63,910 nucleotides of DNA, filler included, from Octopus bimaculoides (GCF_001194135.2; 6 parts of 5 records of this genome joined end to end with filler, not necessarily neighbours in it); one strand, 5' to 3'. Shown: positions 13,952 to 25,287, numbered from the whole stretch's first letter. The notes: generated by a model not told the origin, from the letters alone. Numbers and translations: made by a program.

Positions 13952-14700
13952 CGCTTATATGTTGGTTGTACCATTATTTAAACAGGGTAGCTGTTAAACT
14001 GATTTACTTTTCAATCATTGTTACTTTTACCAGTTATACAGTTCCACCTCATATTGAGCTTGCCACACATCTACCATTAAAGGACAAAGATCCGAATTTA
14101 TGCGATTGCATGACTGAATATTATTACTGAAGAATTTTCGGAGATTTCCGGTTGATGTACGACAAGGATTTGGAATAATTTGGAATAATTTGGAATAATT
14201 AATTCATTTGAATAGCTGACCTTTAAACCATTCTAGATGCTACGATATTTGTGATGACTGACAATATGTATATTTAGAGCTTTCAGATATTTCCTTGCTG
14301 CGTAAGTACTAAGGAGGTTTAAACCAGAGTATATATTGTTTTCTGTTTCCCTTTCGTACGATAATGTCAATAACATTGTTATTTACCTAGTCAACTTAAA
14401 TCACAGTAACCTTATACATTGTTTCATAATGTTAAATGTTAAATAATCGGAGTTGAAGGTGTTTGAATAGTTTTTGTGAAATACTTAAAGGGTGATTGAA
14501 ACTCTTATATAAAATATGTTATAAAGAAACATTAGGTATTCTTTAGGCTTGGTATTTACAAGTGTCCATGTTTAATGTTACAAGTGTCCTAACTGTCTCG
14601 AGGTCAGTGTTGACTGTAATTTTCATGTACAAATTTTTAAATAAATTAACGTAGATTTTCCTAAATATGACTGTTTGGTGCTTATTCAGGTTAAATACTA
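13750..14700 (+). pseudogene. Possible highly decayed RTE-like reverse transcriptase
   Basis: Scattered motifs in different frames: PVDVRQG (GVRQG-like), LELSDISLL (FADDIALL-like). Confidence 0.3.
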
Positions 14701-14777
14701 TTAAAATTAAATCACAGTTGTTTAGGCCACTTTGTAAAAACAAATCAATTTAGGGTGCTCAAATTAATATAAAAAGA

Positions 14778-14930
14778 TAGATGTGGTAAGTAGCTTGCTT
14801 ACGAACCACATGGTTCCGGGTTCAGTCCCACAACGTGGCACCTTGGTCAAGTGTCTTCTACTATGGCCTCGGACCGACCAAAGCCCTATGAATAGATTTG
14901 GCAGACGGAAACTGAAAGAAGCCCGTCGTA

Positions 14931-14961
<31 letters not shown>

Positions 14962-15372
14962 NNNNNNNNNNNNNNNNNNNNNNNNNNNNNNNNNNNNNNN
15001 NNNNNNNNNNNNNNNNNNNNNNNNNNNNNNNNNNNNNNNNNNNNNNNNNNNNNNNNNNNNNNNNNNNNNNNNNNNNNNNNNNNNNNNNNNNNNNNNNNNN
15101 NNNNNNNNNNNNNNNNNNNNNNNNNNNNNNNNNNNNNNNNNNNNNNNNNNNNNNNNNNNNNNNNNNNNNNNNNNNNNNNNNNNNNNNNNNNNNNNNNNNN
15201 NNNNNNNNNNNNNNNNNNNNNNNNNNNNNNNNNNNACTTAGCGGTTCGGCAAAAGAGACCGATAGAATAAGTACTAGGCTTACAAGGAATAATTCCTGGG
15301 GTCGATTTGCTCGACGAAAGGCGGTGCTCCAGCATGGCCACAGTCAAATGACTGAAACAGGTAAAAGAGAGA
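14778..15372 (+). mobile_element. SINE family A spanning a gap
   Basis: 5' head before gap and 3' domain after gap. Confidence 0.85.
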
Positions 15373-15480
15373 GTAGTTAACATATTCCCGCTGAATACTT
15401 TAATGCCATGTAGATGCCAAATAGCGTCTCATAAAGCGAGATTTCTATACATCTTAAATTTGCAAAAGAATGTGCGGTGT

Positions 15481-15561
15481 GGGCAGTTTAGCTTAATCGG
15501 TCTAAGAGCACCACGACGCGTAATCACGCGGTGTGAGTTCGAGTCTCATATCTGGCCGCCA
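15481..15561 (+). tRNA. Degenerate tRNA-like sequence (Thr CGT-like pseudogene) ending in CCA
   Basis: D arm, CGT-AA-TCACG anticodon arm 3' side, T arm GTGAG-TTCGAGT-CTCAT, acceptor GGGCAG/CTGGCC, terminal GCCA; stems imperfect. Confidence 0.5.
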
Positions 15562-15769
15562 ATTCTTTTTTCTGCAAAATAGGGGTAGCTTATCCTGTTC
15601 AGGCTATATTATTAGCATTATCCTGCGTTTGAGAATTTAAAAATCACTTAACTTTCTAAGACATGTCAATGGTTCTAAAAGCAAACTTCGTTTGCTTGTT
15701 TACGTTTGTCGTAATATGAATATTCGCATGTATGCATTATACGTGTATACATATGTACACAGAAACAGA

Positions 15770-15962
15770 AAAAAGGAAAGTGTCTCTTGCATTTGAGAAC
15801 TATGGATATATCTTCAAAAGACATTTCATTTAATTTTTCCATAATTTAGTTGTTTTTATGCTTTACTTTAAGTTGAAAAAGTCCCAAAGACTGAGACCGG
15901 TACTAAAATGTTCTTCATGTTAAAATTATTTTAGCATTATATACCTTGTCTTATTTTGCTTA
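15770..15962 (+). mobile_element. Short repeat family H2 with degenerate minimal hammerhead-like motif; second copy at ~23600-23772
   Basis: The two copies align over >150 bp; motif TTGAAAAA-GTC-N5-GAC-GAAA/GAGA-CCGGT-A. Confidence 0.55.
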
Positions 15963-16009
15963 TACATACATACATACATACATACATGTATATATATATA
16001 TACATATTG

Positions 16010-16200
16010 ACCGTTGACTGGACACTATTCAATTTTTTTTCTCCGTGTTTTTCTCCTTGTCTCCGTATTCTTTCTGTTGAAGAGCGTAGCTCGAAACGTC
16101 AAAGACTTTCCGTATTCCCGAGCGTCATACTAATACATCCTTTTGTTATTTACACCACCTGTCCTCGTCTGTTGTTGTTTTTTCGTATATTCTCCCATAT
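16010..16200 (+). mobile_element. Short PLE-like repeat family H1 with minimal hammerhead-like motif
   Basis: TCTTT-CTGTTGAAGAG-CGTAG-CTCGAAACGTC-AAAGA; ends in (TA)n; other copies 56985-57170 and 59100-59350. Confidence 0.65.
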
Positions 16201-16345
16201 ATATATATATATATATATATATACACGCCATGTATATGTGAAACTTACAGACTCAGGAGCAAAAAGAATATGCTTAATAAAACACAGGGATACAACTCAG
16301 CGCATTATTTCACACTACTATTACACAAACACAATGTTGCTTACA

Positions 16346-16394
<49 letters not shown>

Positions 16395-16425
16395 TGACAC
16401 ACGCACACACTGATACACACACACA

Positions 16426-16479
<54 letters not shown>

Positions 16480-16559
16480 GCAATCTTCAAATTAGTCAGT
16501 GATACCACCAACGTTGCTCAACTTAATGAAGTCTGACAGACAAAATATCTGGTATCATT

Positions 16560-16880
16560 ACTGGTGGCATTAGTGGTTAGGGCGGTGGATTTTGCCACCG
16601 GGAGTGATGGTGGTGAGTGTTATAGTGGCTCTTCTTGAGGTCATAGTAGTGGTCGAGGGAGTGGTTCTGCTGGTGGTCGTTGTTGTCATGGTGATAATTA
16701 TGGTATTTGTACTGGTAGCGATGATGGCGATGGTCGTTGTTGAAGTGGTGGCATGGTCACAATAGCGATAGACATGGTTGTTATGGCAGTGGTAATAGTG
16801 GTGGTTGTAGTGTTCGTGGTTGTGGTGATAATAGTGGATAATAGTGGGGTGGTGGGTAATGGGGAGGTGGTGATGTTGGT
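16560..16880. repeat. Degenerate (GGT/GTG)n trinucleotide region
   Basis: Direct reading. Confidence 0.7.
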
Positions 16881-16967
16881 CTCTGCATAGTGTTCTTTAG
16901 GTGGTGAATGTTAAAATAACGCTGAAAATACACCTTTTTGCGCCGAATATTGCATTCAAATTTTGGC

Positions 16968-17160
16968 ACGAGGCCAGCAATTTCGGCGGGGAGAGGGTAC
17001 GCCGATTACATCGACCCCAGTATTCAACGTACTTATTTTATCAACCCCTGAAAGGATGAAAAGCAAAGTCAGCCTCGGCGGAATTTGAACTCAGAATGTA
17101 AAGACGGACGAAATGCCGCTAAGCATTTTGCCCGGTATGCTAGCAATTCTGCCAGTCCAC
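16968..17160 (-). mobile_element. SINE family C (Meta-like)
   Basis: Reverse complement of 4425-4628. Confidence 0.8.
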
Positions 17161-17254
17161 CTATTTTTTTCGTTTTTTTTTTGTGACAAATATTAAAATT
17201 AATAAAATTTTTTGCCAAATGTTGTGGTCTTTTTATAACACGGTACTGTATGGA

Positions 17255-17625
17255 TGTGGAGGCGCAATGGCCCAGTGGTTAGGGCAGCGATCTCGCGGTC
17301 ATAGGATCGCGGTTTCGATTCCCAGACCGGACGTTGTGAGTGTTTATTGAGCGAAAACACCTAAAGCTCCACGAGGTTCCGGCAGGGGATGGTGGCGAAC
17401 CCTGCTGTACTCTTCCACCACAACTCTCTCTCACTCTTTCTTCCTATTTCTGTTGTACCTGTATTTCAAAGAGCCAGCCTTGTCACACTGTGTCACGCTG
17501 AATATCCCCGAGAACTACGTTAAGGGTACACGTGTCTGTTGATTGCACATTAATTTCACGAGCAGGCTGTTCCGTTGATCGGATCAACTGGAACCCTCGA
17601 CGTCGTAAGCGACGGAGTGCCAACA
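17255..17625 (+). mobile_element. SINE family B full length
   Basis: GTGGAGGCGCAATGGCCCAGTGGTTAGGGC tRNA head through GACGGAGTGCCAACAAC. Confidence 0.9.
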
Positions 17626-18514
17626 ACTGTAGGGATACTTTTTTCCGAAGTCTATCGCATGCATCCATTAAAATAATTAAAGAATATTTAAAAAATCATG
17701 GCGTATCACTACCGAAATAAGTGTCATACTTTCGCTATCTACGCTCACTAGTGTATCCTTCCAATTTTTCTGATGATGAGGTGTCATTTGAAAAATTTTG
17801 GTTGCTATTTCTAGCAGGTTGAGCAACCGGCTGGAAGCTCCCTCTTTAAACTCGAGTAATAGAGGAATGGCACTATGTGGTGTGAAGAGGTGGGGTAAGG
17901 CGAGATGGGGACGTGGCAGCATGACATGACAAGAGAAGGTGGGTGGGTGTTTGATACGGAAGGTTTTGTAATGTTATAAGCAAACAACAACTGAAATACC
18001 TCAGTAACAGAATCTTCCAGAAGTAAATGTTAAGTTTAATTCCGTTGAGAAATGATGTTTAGAAGCGGGGTGAGAGAGACGGAGGAGGGAGGGGATATAG
18101 AACATGGAGCTGGTAATGGAATTGATGGGGGGTGGGAGATGGCCGGGAAGGGTCGTGAGGCCGAAAAAGAAGCATGTAACACTAGAAGCGAACAACGCAT
18201 TGCTTCGCTGATCTTTGGAACACGTGTAAAACAGCAATGCCATGCCATAACATCCTAATTACTTCAACTTCACCGCCTCCCTATAACACCGCACACACAC
18301 ACACACATACACACATACACACGCGCGCAAACACATGCATACAGTCATACACACATACACATCTTTATATACTCATACGGAGTCTCTATTCTTATACCAT
18401 CACCAACATCACCTCCACTAGTAATACAAACATAAAAATGGGTTTGCTACTATCAACAACCACTGTCACAACATCACCACCACTAACAAACCCACGACCA
18501 ATCACTACGGTTTC

Positions 18515-18524
<10 letters not shown>

Positions 18525-18553
<29 letters not shown>

Positions 18554-18630
18554 TATTATTATTATTATTATTATTATTAGAAGAAGAAGAAGAAGAAGAA
18601 GAAGAAGAAGAAGAAGAAGAAGAAGAAGAA
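18525..18630. repeat. Compound (TAA)n-(TTA)n-(GAA)n microsatellite followed by a Dong-like 3' stub (~18640-18690)
   Basis: Direct reading; CTGAGCCAAACCAAAATAATGATAA matches the 33658 Dong 3' end. Confidence 0.8.
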
Positions 18631-18694
18631 TGTTTGTCACTACCAGGAAGAAGACCAAACCTGAGCCAAACCAAAATAATGATAAACATGTTTA

Positions 18695-19275
18695 GTCTTG
18701 GCATAAAAGATGGGCTACAGTAAATATTCTGTTCTGTACCACAGATTTATTTGTCAGTGTTTGACCTTTACCAGTTGAGCATGTCCCTTAGTGGCTGACA
18801 ATATGTGCATCTCTGATCACGAACAGAAGTAGTGTGGGAGCATCATAACCATGTGTTGAGAAAAATTCTTTAGGGTTTGAATAATTAATCTCTGGAAGCA
18901 TGGATGTTTCGTTCATCATCCTTGAACAAACCTTATTCAGGGACCTTTTGAGCGGGATGGGCTACTCGACCTGAAGAACAGGGCCCCACCTGCAAGATCT
19001 CGCACTGCTTACCCTGATATGAGATCACTATGTCGTACAACACGTTTTGTTTTGGTGTAAAATATGGGCTACAGCACATATTCTGCTCAATATCAAAGAC
19101 TTGCTTGTCAGTTGCTCGACCTTTACCAGTTGAGCATGTCCCATAGTAGCTGATAATATATGCATCTCTGATCATTAGCAGGAGTAGTAGGGAAGCATCA
19201 TAGACATGTGTTGAGGTGGTGGGGTAATTTATCTTTTGAAGCATAGGTGTGTTGTTCATCATCGTTAAATAATCA
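18695..19275 (+). repeat. Two diverged tandem copies (~355-bp period) of an unclassified repeat
   Basis: ATGGGCTACAG...GACCTTTACCAGTTGAGCATGTCCC...GCATCTCTGATCA...GTTCATCATC occurs twice. Confidence 0.8.
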
Positions 19276-19325
19276 TTAATTATGTGTGTGCTGTGAGGGT
19301 TTTGCATGTAAACAAGGCCAACAAA

Positions 19326-20235
19326 TTTTTTTTTTAAATCAATAACGTGTGATCCTCAATAAGGAAGAGACGTTCAAGAGATGCTCGTGGAAAAACCCCA
19401 TGAAAAAACCATGGGTATCCTGACTTTTGGGGCAGGTGTTTTTCATTTCCCTTTTTTTTTTTTCAACTGCAGGTCCGTTCATTCTCACCATTCTCGCCAC
19501 TTTCACCCACCTTTTATCAAATTGGCTAGAAGACAACACTTCCCTCTCTACCATAATTTTCCTTTATAAGTGAAACTTGAAGAAGTTGATCAAGGATTGG
19601 CCAAAGGGGAAAGTGTTTGTCTTCAGCCTCTCCAATCTCGTCCACCATACAACCTCTTTTGCCATGGCCACCAGGCATATAAACTCAACCTTTCTTTCTT
19701 GGTTAAAGAAAGGCGGCGGGGTGATCTTCACGATGGATTCAGCTGACAGCCGAATCCGTCCCACTCGCGACAGTAGGTGTTCAACATAAACCCATAGGTC
19801 AGCAGTACTCGGGCACTGGACGAGTGCATGTATCGTCGTCCTGCGCGCATCTCGGACATGCTTGGCTGACGGCACTTCTGGGCCTGTAAAGTTTATCTCG
19901 AACAAGTAAAGCTCCCCGGTAGCACTGCCAGGCCAGAGATTTTTGGAAAATTTCCATAGGTCCTAGGCTGAAAATTCTCCGGAAAAGAGCGGCTAGTTGA
20001 TTTTCTTTGACGCCTAAGATCTCTCCAAGAACATCGTCGCACTTTTCCGCCACTAATCCTCTACTAAAAGCTAAAGTGGACGTTCCGCCTATCTCAGTGT
20101 CCGATTGGTTGAGGGCTGTGTGCGCTTGAAGACATTTCCAAATGCTACCCCTGGGCCTCTGTTTTACCTAGGACTGCAACTCCGTTAAAGAAACTAGCTG
20201 CAGAAATGCATGTCTGGCGAACGGCGACCACATCT
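19326..20235 (-). mobile_element. Tx1-clade (L1 superfamily) non-LTR retrotransposon, 5'-truncated, frameshifted, with poly(A) tail
   Basis: FQKSLAWQCYRGALLVRDKL...CPRCAQDD / HALVQCP...AKEVVWWTRL (zf-RVT-like CCHC C-terminus); T10 at 19326-19335. Confidence 0.8.
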
Positions 20236-20830
20236 ATTCACCGTCAAGGAAGCACTGGAGATAAAGTAGCTTCAGCGCATGTCTTCGCATCATCAACCAC
20301 GGCATGCCCAGTCCACCACTCAGCGGGTGTTAATAATATGCAGCGATATCTGCTGTAACAAGCACAATCAACATCATCATCGTTATAATCACAATCATCG
20401 TCGCCACCGTCGTTGTTGTCGTCGTTGTCATTGTTGTTGTCGTTGTCATCGTTGTTGTTGTTGTCGTCGTCATTGTCGTTGCTCATCCTCTTCCCCTCCC
20501 CCTTCCCATCATCACATAACCTCGTTGTCAGACGTTAACACTCCTTCGGTGATATAGTACTGCGTGACAGAATCATTAAGTGCATTGCCTCCGAGAGAAT
20601 ATTTACCCAAGCAGAAACGGAAGTGAGAATTTGTCCGACTTCCATAACAGAGTCAAGTGTTTTGATCAGAGGTCCATTTATGATCAACATCCACTTTATA
20701 GACTTTTCATAAGATGTTAACAGCGGCTGAAAAGCAAACTGGCACTAGTTTAACCTACGGAAGGCGCCTCTACTTATTTAGTTGACCTGCTATAAATAGA
20801 AACTAAATTTGCCTTCTTTAAAAAAAATTG

Positions 20831-20861
<31 letters not shown>

Positions 20862-20929
20862 CTTAGTGAAGGCGCATGACCCTAGTGATTAGGCTGTTGC
20901 GCTCACGATTACAAAATCGCGTTAAGGTT

Positions 20930-21457
20930 ATCTCTACGGATTTTTCAATAGAAATTATAGCCAGCATTAACCATTTTTCATTTTAGATCTATCTCATTGT
21001 TGTTTACATCAAGAATTTCGTATAAGAAAAGTCGTAACAAAATCAGTGTTGGCTATAATTCCTAAATAGTGCAGGTTTTCAATTGCATGAACTAAAAGTC
21101 GGAGGGGGGCGGGATAAACTACCTGCATCAACTTGTTTTAAAAGCAGGTAGTAAATTTACATTGTACTTATTCTTAGTGCAAGTTTTGAAGAGTGCAGTT
21201 GGATTTTAACAGTTATTTTTTCAAAGCTACTATGGAAGTAACAAAGGAGCATATTCGGCATATTTTGCTTTATGAATTCGATAAAGGCAACAACGTAACA
21301 GAAAGTGTGAGGAATATTAATGCAGTATATGGGGATCGGATAGTAAGCGTAAGCCAGTGTCAACGGTGGTTCCAGAAATTCCGAGCCGGGAACTACAGCC
21401 TACAGGATGAGCCTCGTCCTAGAAGATCTGTAGAGCTCGACGAGGATGTCCTGCAAA
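20930..21457 (+). mobile_element. Mariner transposon 5' fragment (HTH domain), interrupted by HHR-bearing repeat
   Basis: ATG 21232: MEVTKEHIRHILLYEFDKG...CQRWFQKFRAGNYSLQDEPRPRRS. Confidence 0.9.
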
Positions 21458-22026
21458 CAGCACAAGTAACACAAAGTAACAGGACAAGTAACACAAAGTA
21501 ACAGTACAAGTAACACAAAGAACAACCCTCCATCAGTTGTCGGCTGTCTATCTACTCCTCATTTCGAGCATTCAACGACAATATGAGTCTTTGAAAACAG
21601 CTGTTCCCATAACTTCCAAAATAAATTTGGGATTTTATGGAGGGTCAAAGTTGGGAACAAAAACGAGACTGTGGAGACATACAAGGAAACCGAACGAAAA
21701 CAAACACAGAGAGTCGTTAGACCAAAACGAGGGGAAAGATAGTGAACGCTAGAAGAAATATTTTCTTTGAAAAGAGAAAAGATAGAAGACGTCCAGTCCT
21801 TAGGGAGTCCGTGCAGGAAAAGAAACATGGTCATGTGAGGAAAAGAAGGATGGACAATGGTCATGTGTGAGCAACGAGAGAGAAAAAGAGAAAGAGGGTG
21901 AGGGAGAAGGGTCGTTCTTTGTGTTACTTGTCCTGTTATCAATTTTTTCTCTCGTTTTGCGTATTTAACTCGCTTGTTTTCGTATTTCATGTTGTTTACA
22001 GTTGGTGACGTCCTGTACCCATATAT
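21458..22026 (-). mobile_element. Inverted-repeat-bounded PLE-like repeat family P (copy 2) with permuted hammerhead motif
   Basis: Body is the reverse complement of 22480-22845; arm sequence at both ends; abuts (TA)n. Confidence 0.75.
21520..21588 (-). ncRNA. Candidate non-circularly permuted hammerhead ribozyme (A9->G variant)
   Basis: rc: CTCAT-A-TTGTCG-TT-GAATGCTC-GAA-ATGAG-15nt-CGACAA-CTGATGG-AGGGTTGTTC. Confidence 0.5.
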
Positions 22027-22299
22027 NNNNNNNNNNNNNNNNNNNNNNNNNNNNNNNNNNNNNNNNNNNNNNNNNNNNNNNNNNNNNNNNNNNNNNNNNN
22101 NNNNNNNNNNNNNNNNNNNNNNNNNNNNNNNNNNNNNNNNNNNNNNNNNNNNNNNNNNNNNNNNNNNNNNNNNNNNNNNNNNNNNNNNNNNNNNNNNNNN
22201 NNNNNNNNNNNNNNNNNNNNNNNNNNNNNNNNNNNNNNNNNNNNNNNNNNNNNNNNNNNNNNNNNNNNNNNNNNNNNNNNNNNNNNNNNNNNNNNNNNN

Positions 22300-22333
<34 letters not shown>

Positions 22334-22379
22334 ATATTATTATTTAATTGAACGCCACGCATCCATTTCCAAGTAAGTT

Positions 22380-22935
22380 TATCTTAACCTTTTTGATGCG
22401 ACTCTACTCTATACTGTTTTCTCCCCATCCTTCTCTAATTCACTGTTTCTTTTCTTCACAGTTTTCTATCTGTCTCTCTCCCTCCCCTCTTTCTCTTTTC
22501 TCTCTCTCTCGTTGCTCACACGTGACCATCGTCCATCTTTCTTTTCCTGCACAGACGTTCTAAGGACTGGACGTCTTCTATCTTTTCCCTTTTCAAAGAA
22601 AATATTTCTTCCAGCGTTCACTATCTGTCCCTTCGTTCTGGTCTAACGACCCTCCATGTTTGTTTTCTTCCGATTTCCTTGTATGTCTCCACTGTCCTGT
22701 TTTTTTGTTCCCAACTTTGACCCTCTATAAAATCTCAAATTCATTTTGGAAGTTATGAGAACAACTGTCTTCGAAGACTGACTCATATTGTCGTTGAATG
22801 ATCGAAATGAGGAATAGATAGACAGCCGACAACTGATGAGGGGTCGTTCTTTGTGTTCTTTGTCCTGGTTTCAACTCGCTTGTTTTCGTATTTCATGTTG
22901 TTTACAGTTGGTGACGTCCTGTATCCATATATGCA
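22380..22935 (+). mobile_element. Repeat family P (copy 1)
   Basis: Homologous to 21458-22026 and 50192-50920; ends CCTGTATCCATATAT at (TA)n. Confidence 0.75.
22782..22849 (+). ncRNA. Candidate non-circularly permuted hammerhead ribozyme
   Basis: CTCAT-A-TTGTCG-TT-GAATGATC-GAA-ATGAG-15nt-CGACAA-CTGATGA-GGGGTCGTTC; all three stems can pair. Confidence 0.6.
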
Positions 22936-24139
22936 TATATATATATATGCATATATATATATATATATNNNNNNNNNNNNNNNNNNNNNNNNNNNNNNNN
23001 NNNNNNNNNNNNNNNNNNNNNNNNNNNNNNNNNNNNNNNNNNNNNNNNNNNNNNNNNNNNNNNNNNNNNNNNNNNNNNNNNNNNNNNNNNNNNNNNNNNN
23101 NNNNNNNNNNNNNNNNNNNNNNNNNNNNNNNNNNNNNNNNNNNNNNNNNNNNNNNNNNNNNNNNNNNNNNNNNNNNNNNNNNNNNNNNNNNNNNNNNNNN
23201 NNNNNNNNNNNNNNNNNNNNNNNNNNNNNNNNNNNNNNNNNNNNNNNNNNNNNNNNNNNNNNNNNNNNNNNNNNNNNNNNNNNNNNNNNNNNNNNNNNNN
23301 NNNNNNNNNNNNNNNNNNNNNNNNNNNNNNNNNNNNNNNNNNNNNNNNNNNNNNNNNNNNNNNNNNNNNNNNNNNNNNNNNNNNNNNNNNNNNNNNNNNN
23401 NNNNNNNNNNNNNNNNNNNNNNNNNNNNNNNNNNNNNNNNNNNNNNNNTTTGTACTCATAAAACTATTCCTTCAGATTTACTACTACCTACCTGCCTACC
23501 TACCTACCTTCCCTACCTACCTACCTACCTACCTACCTACCTACCTACCTACCAACCAACCAAGCATTCGCAAAGGAAGAGACAGACAGACTATTTCAAG
23601 AATATGGAAATATTTATAAAACATTTTGCTTAATTTTTTTTCTCCAATGTAATTGTTTTTCTTATTTTACTCTTAGTTGAAAAAGTCTAAAAGACGGAAA
23701 CCGGTACTGAAATGTACTTCATGATAAAATTATTTTAGCATTTTCTACCACGTCTTATTTTCCTTATACATATCAACTCGTGTGTTACTTTTATACCTTC
23801 TATATATATGTGTATAACTTATATCGTTGCTAAAAAGATATAAAATAAGAAATGGTATGAAATAAAGCGATGCTGATCACCGAACCGGCTCCTACGTTTT
23901 TGTTTTTTTTTAAAGGATAGATTTAGTTGAAATGAAAAAAGTAAACGGTACGGGTTGGACATTTTTGATCATAAGTCTGCTCTATCAGAGCTAATCCCGG
24001 GTTAGGCAAAAACTACAAAGTCAACAACTACAACGAAATTGAAAAACAAAGAAGTAGGTGTGACCCTTGATAAAAGAACAGTGAATGTTGATATATTTGA
24101 TGTAGTAAGCTAAGAAATTTTATTTAAAATTAGACATTT

Positions 24140-24460
24140 ATTTTGTAGTGATGATTCGAAACCGTAGCCCTGGATACGCGGTCAGACATTACGAATCAAC
24201 TACCATAGTTTCGCATTATCGGTCTACAGGTTTTTCTTGAAAATTCTTGAAGTTAACTTCCGGTCTCCTACAAAAACCGTTCGGCGTACATTTTTAGGAG
24301 CCAGACGACTCAGGAAGGCAGCTAAGATAGATGGCGCAGAGATGACAGGAACCTCTGTCGCCACAAGCATAGCACAATTGTTTCCAGTTATATTGGGCAA
24401 GCCGCATGTTGTCGTAATAATAGCCTTCATCCCATTATGTAACTATTGCTGCTGTTATCT
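24140..24460. promoter_or_regulatory. Non-repetitive CpG-rich segment with ETS-like CTTCCGG and YY1-like GATGGCG; possible promoter/first exon
   Basis: Composition and motifs only. Confidence 0.25.
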
Positions 24461-24756
24461 GTAAAAGACCAGTGCAGTTTGTCTTTGTATTCGATGATAA
24501 AATATTCGCGGGTGTCGTTCAGTTTACTTCTACATACAGGCTAAGAAACATATTTTCATTCATTAACTCAACCAGGTATCATAGCAGCCAACATTAACAA
24601 CCACGCAACAATTTTTTAAAACGATTATTTTCTAAATGATTGATTCTTGCCAGAAAAGATTGGGGAAAACAACCCAGAAATGTTAATTAATGAAAATTAA
24701 TCAAATATTGTATGTAGTAGAGAAATATGTCTGAGAGAGTGTGATCCTTTTTACAG

Positions 24757-24823
24757 TTTCGTGTTCTTGAAGCTTGTCTTCTCGCAGATGCAGTTTTGAT
24801 AAAATGGGGGAAGGCTTGGAAAC
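24757..24823 (+). CDS. Candidate exon, unknown protein (FRVLEACLLADAVLIKWGKAWK)
   Basis: Acceptor gatcctttttacag|, donor |gtaaat, open only in phase 0. Confidence 0.3.
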
Positions 24824-25172
24824 GTAAATGGTAGCTTGGAATTTATTGTTTCAAAGAATACATAAAAGACTCACAAACTATTAATGGATGTGAAATGTTT
24901 TTAAGTTTACAAAAGAAATTAAATAGCAATAAAAATTGGATATTGAGAATTAGCTTTGTTTTCAATAGTGCTTTTATGAATGAATTATCTGTTCACTACA
25001 TATGTGCACACACGCACACTCAAATGCGTGCGCGCGCACACACCAGTTAATTATATAGACACATATTTAAACGTTTTAATTTAATATATATGAGTATACA
25101 CACACACACACGCATATATACACTTTTACATACTTATAGATACACACACAAACACACTCACACGGGCACACT

Positions 25173-25216
<44 letters not shown>

Positions 25217-25269
25217 CATACATGTTATATAAATGTATCTATGTATATTAATGTTTATAATTATATAAG

Positions 25270-25287
25270 TATTTATTTATCTATGTA

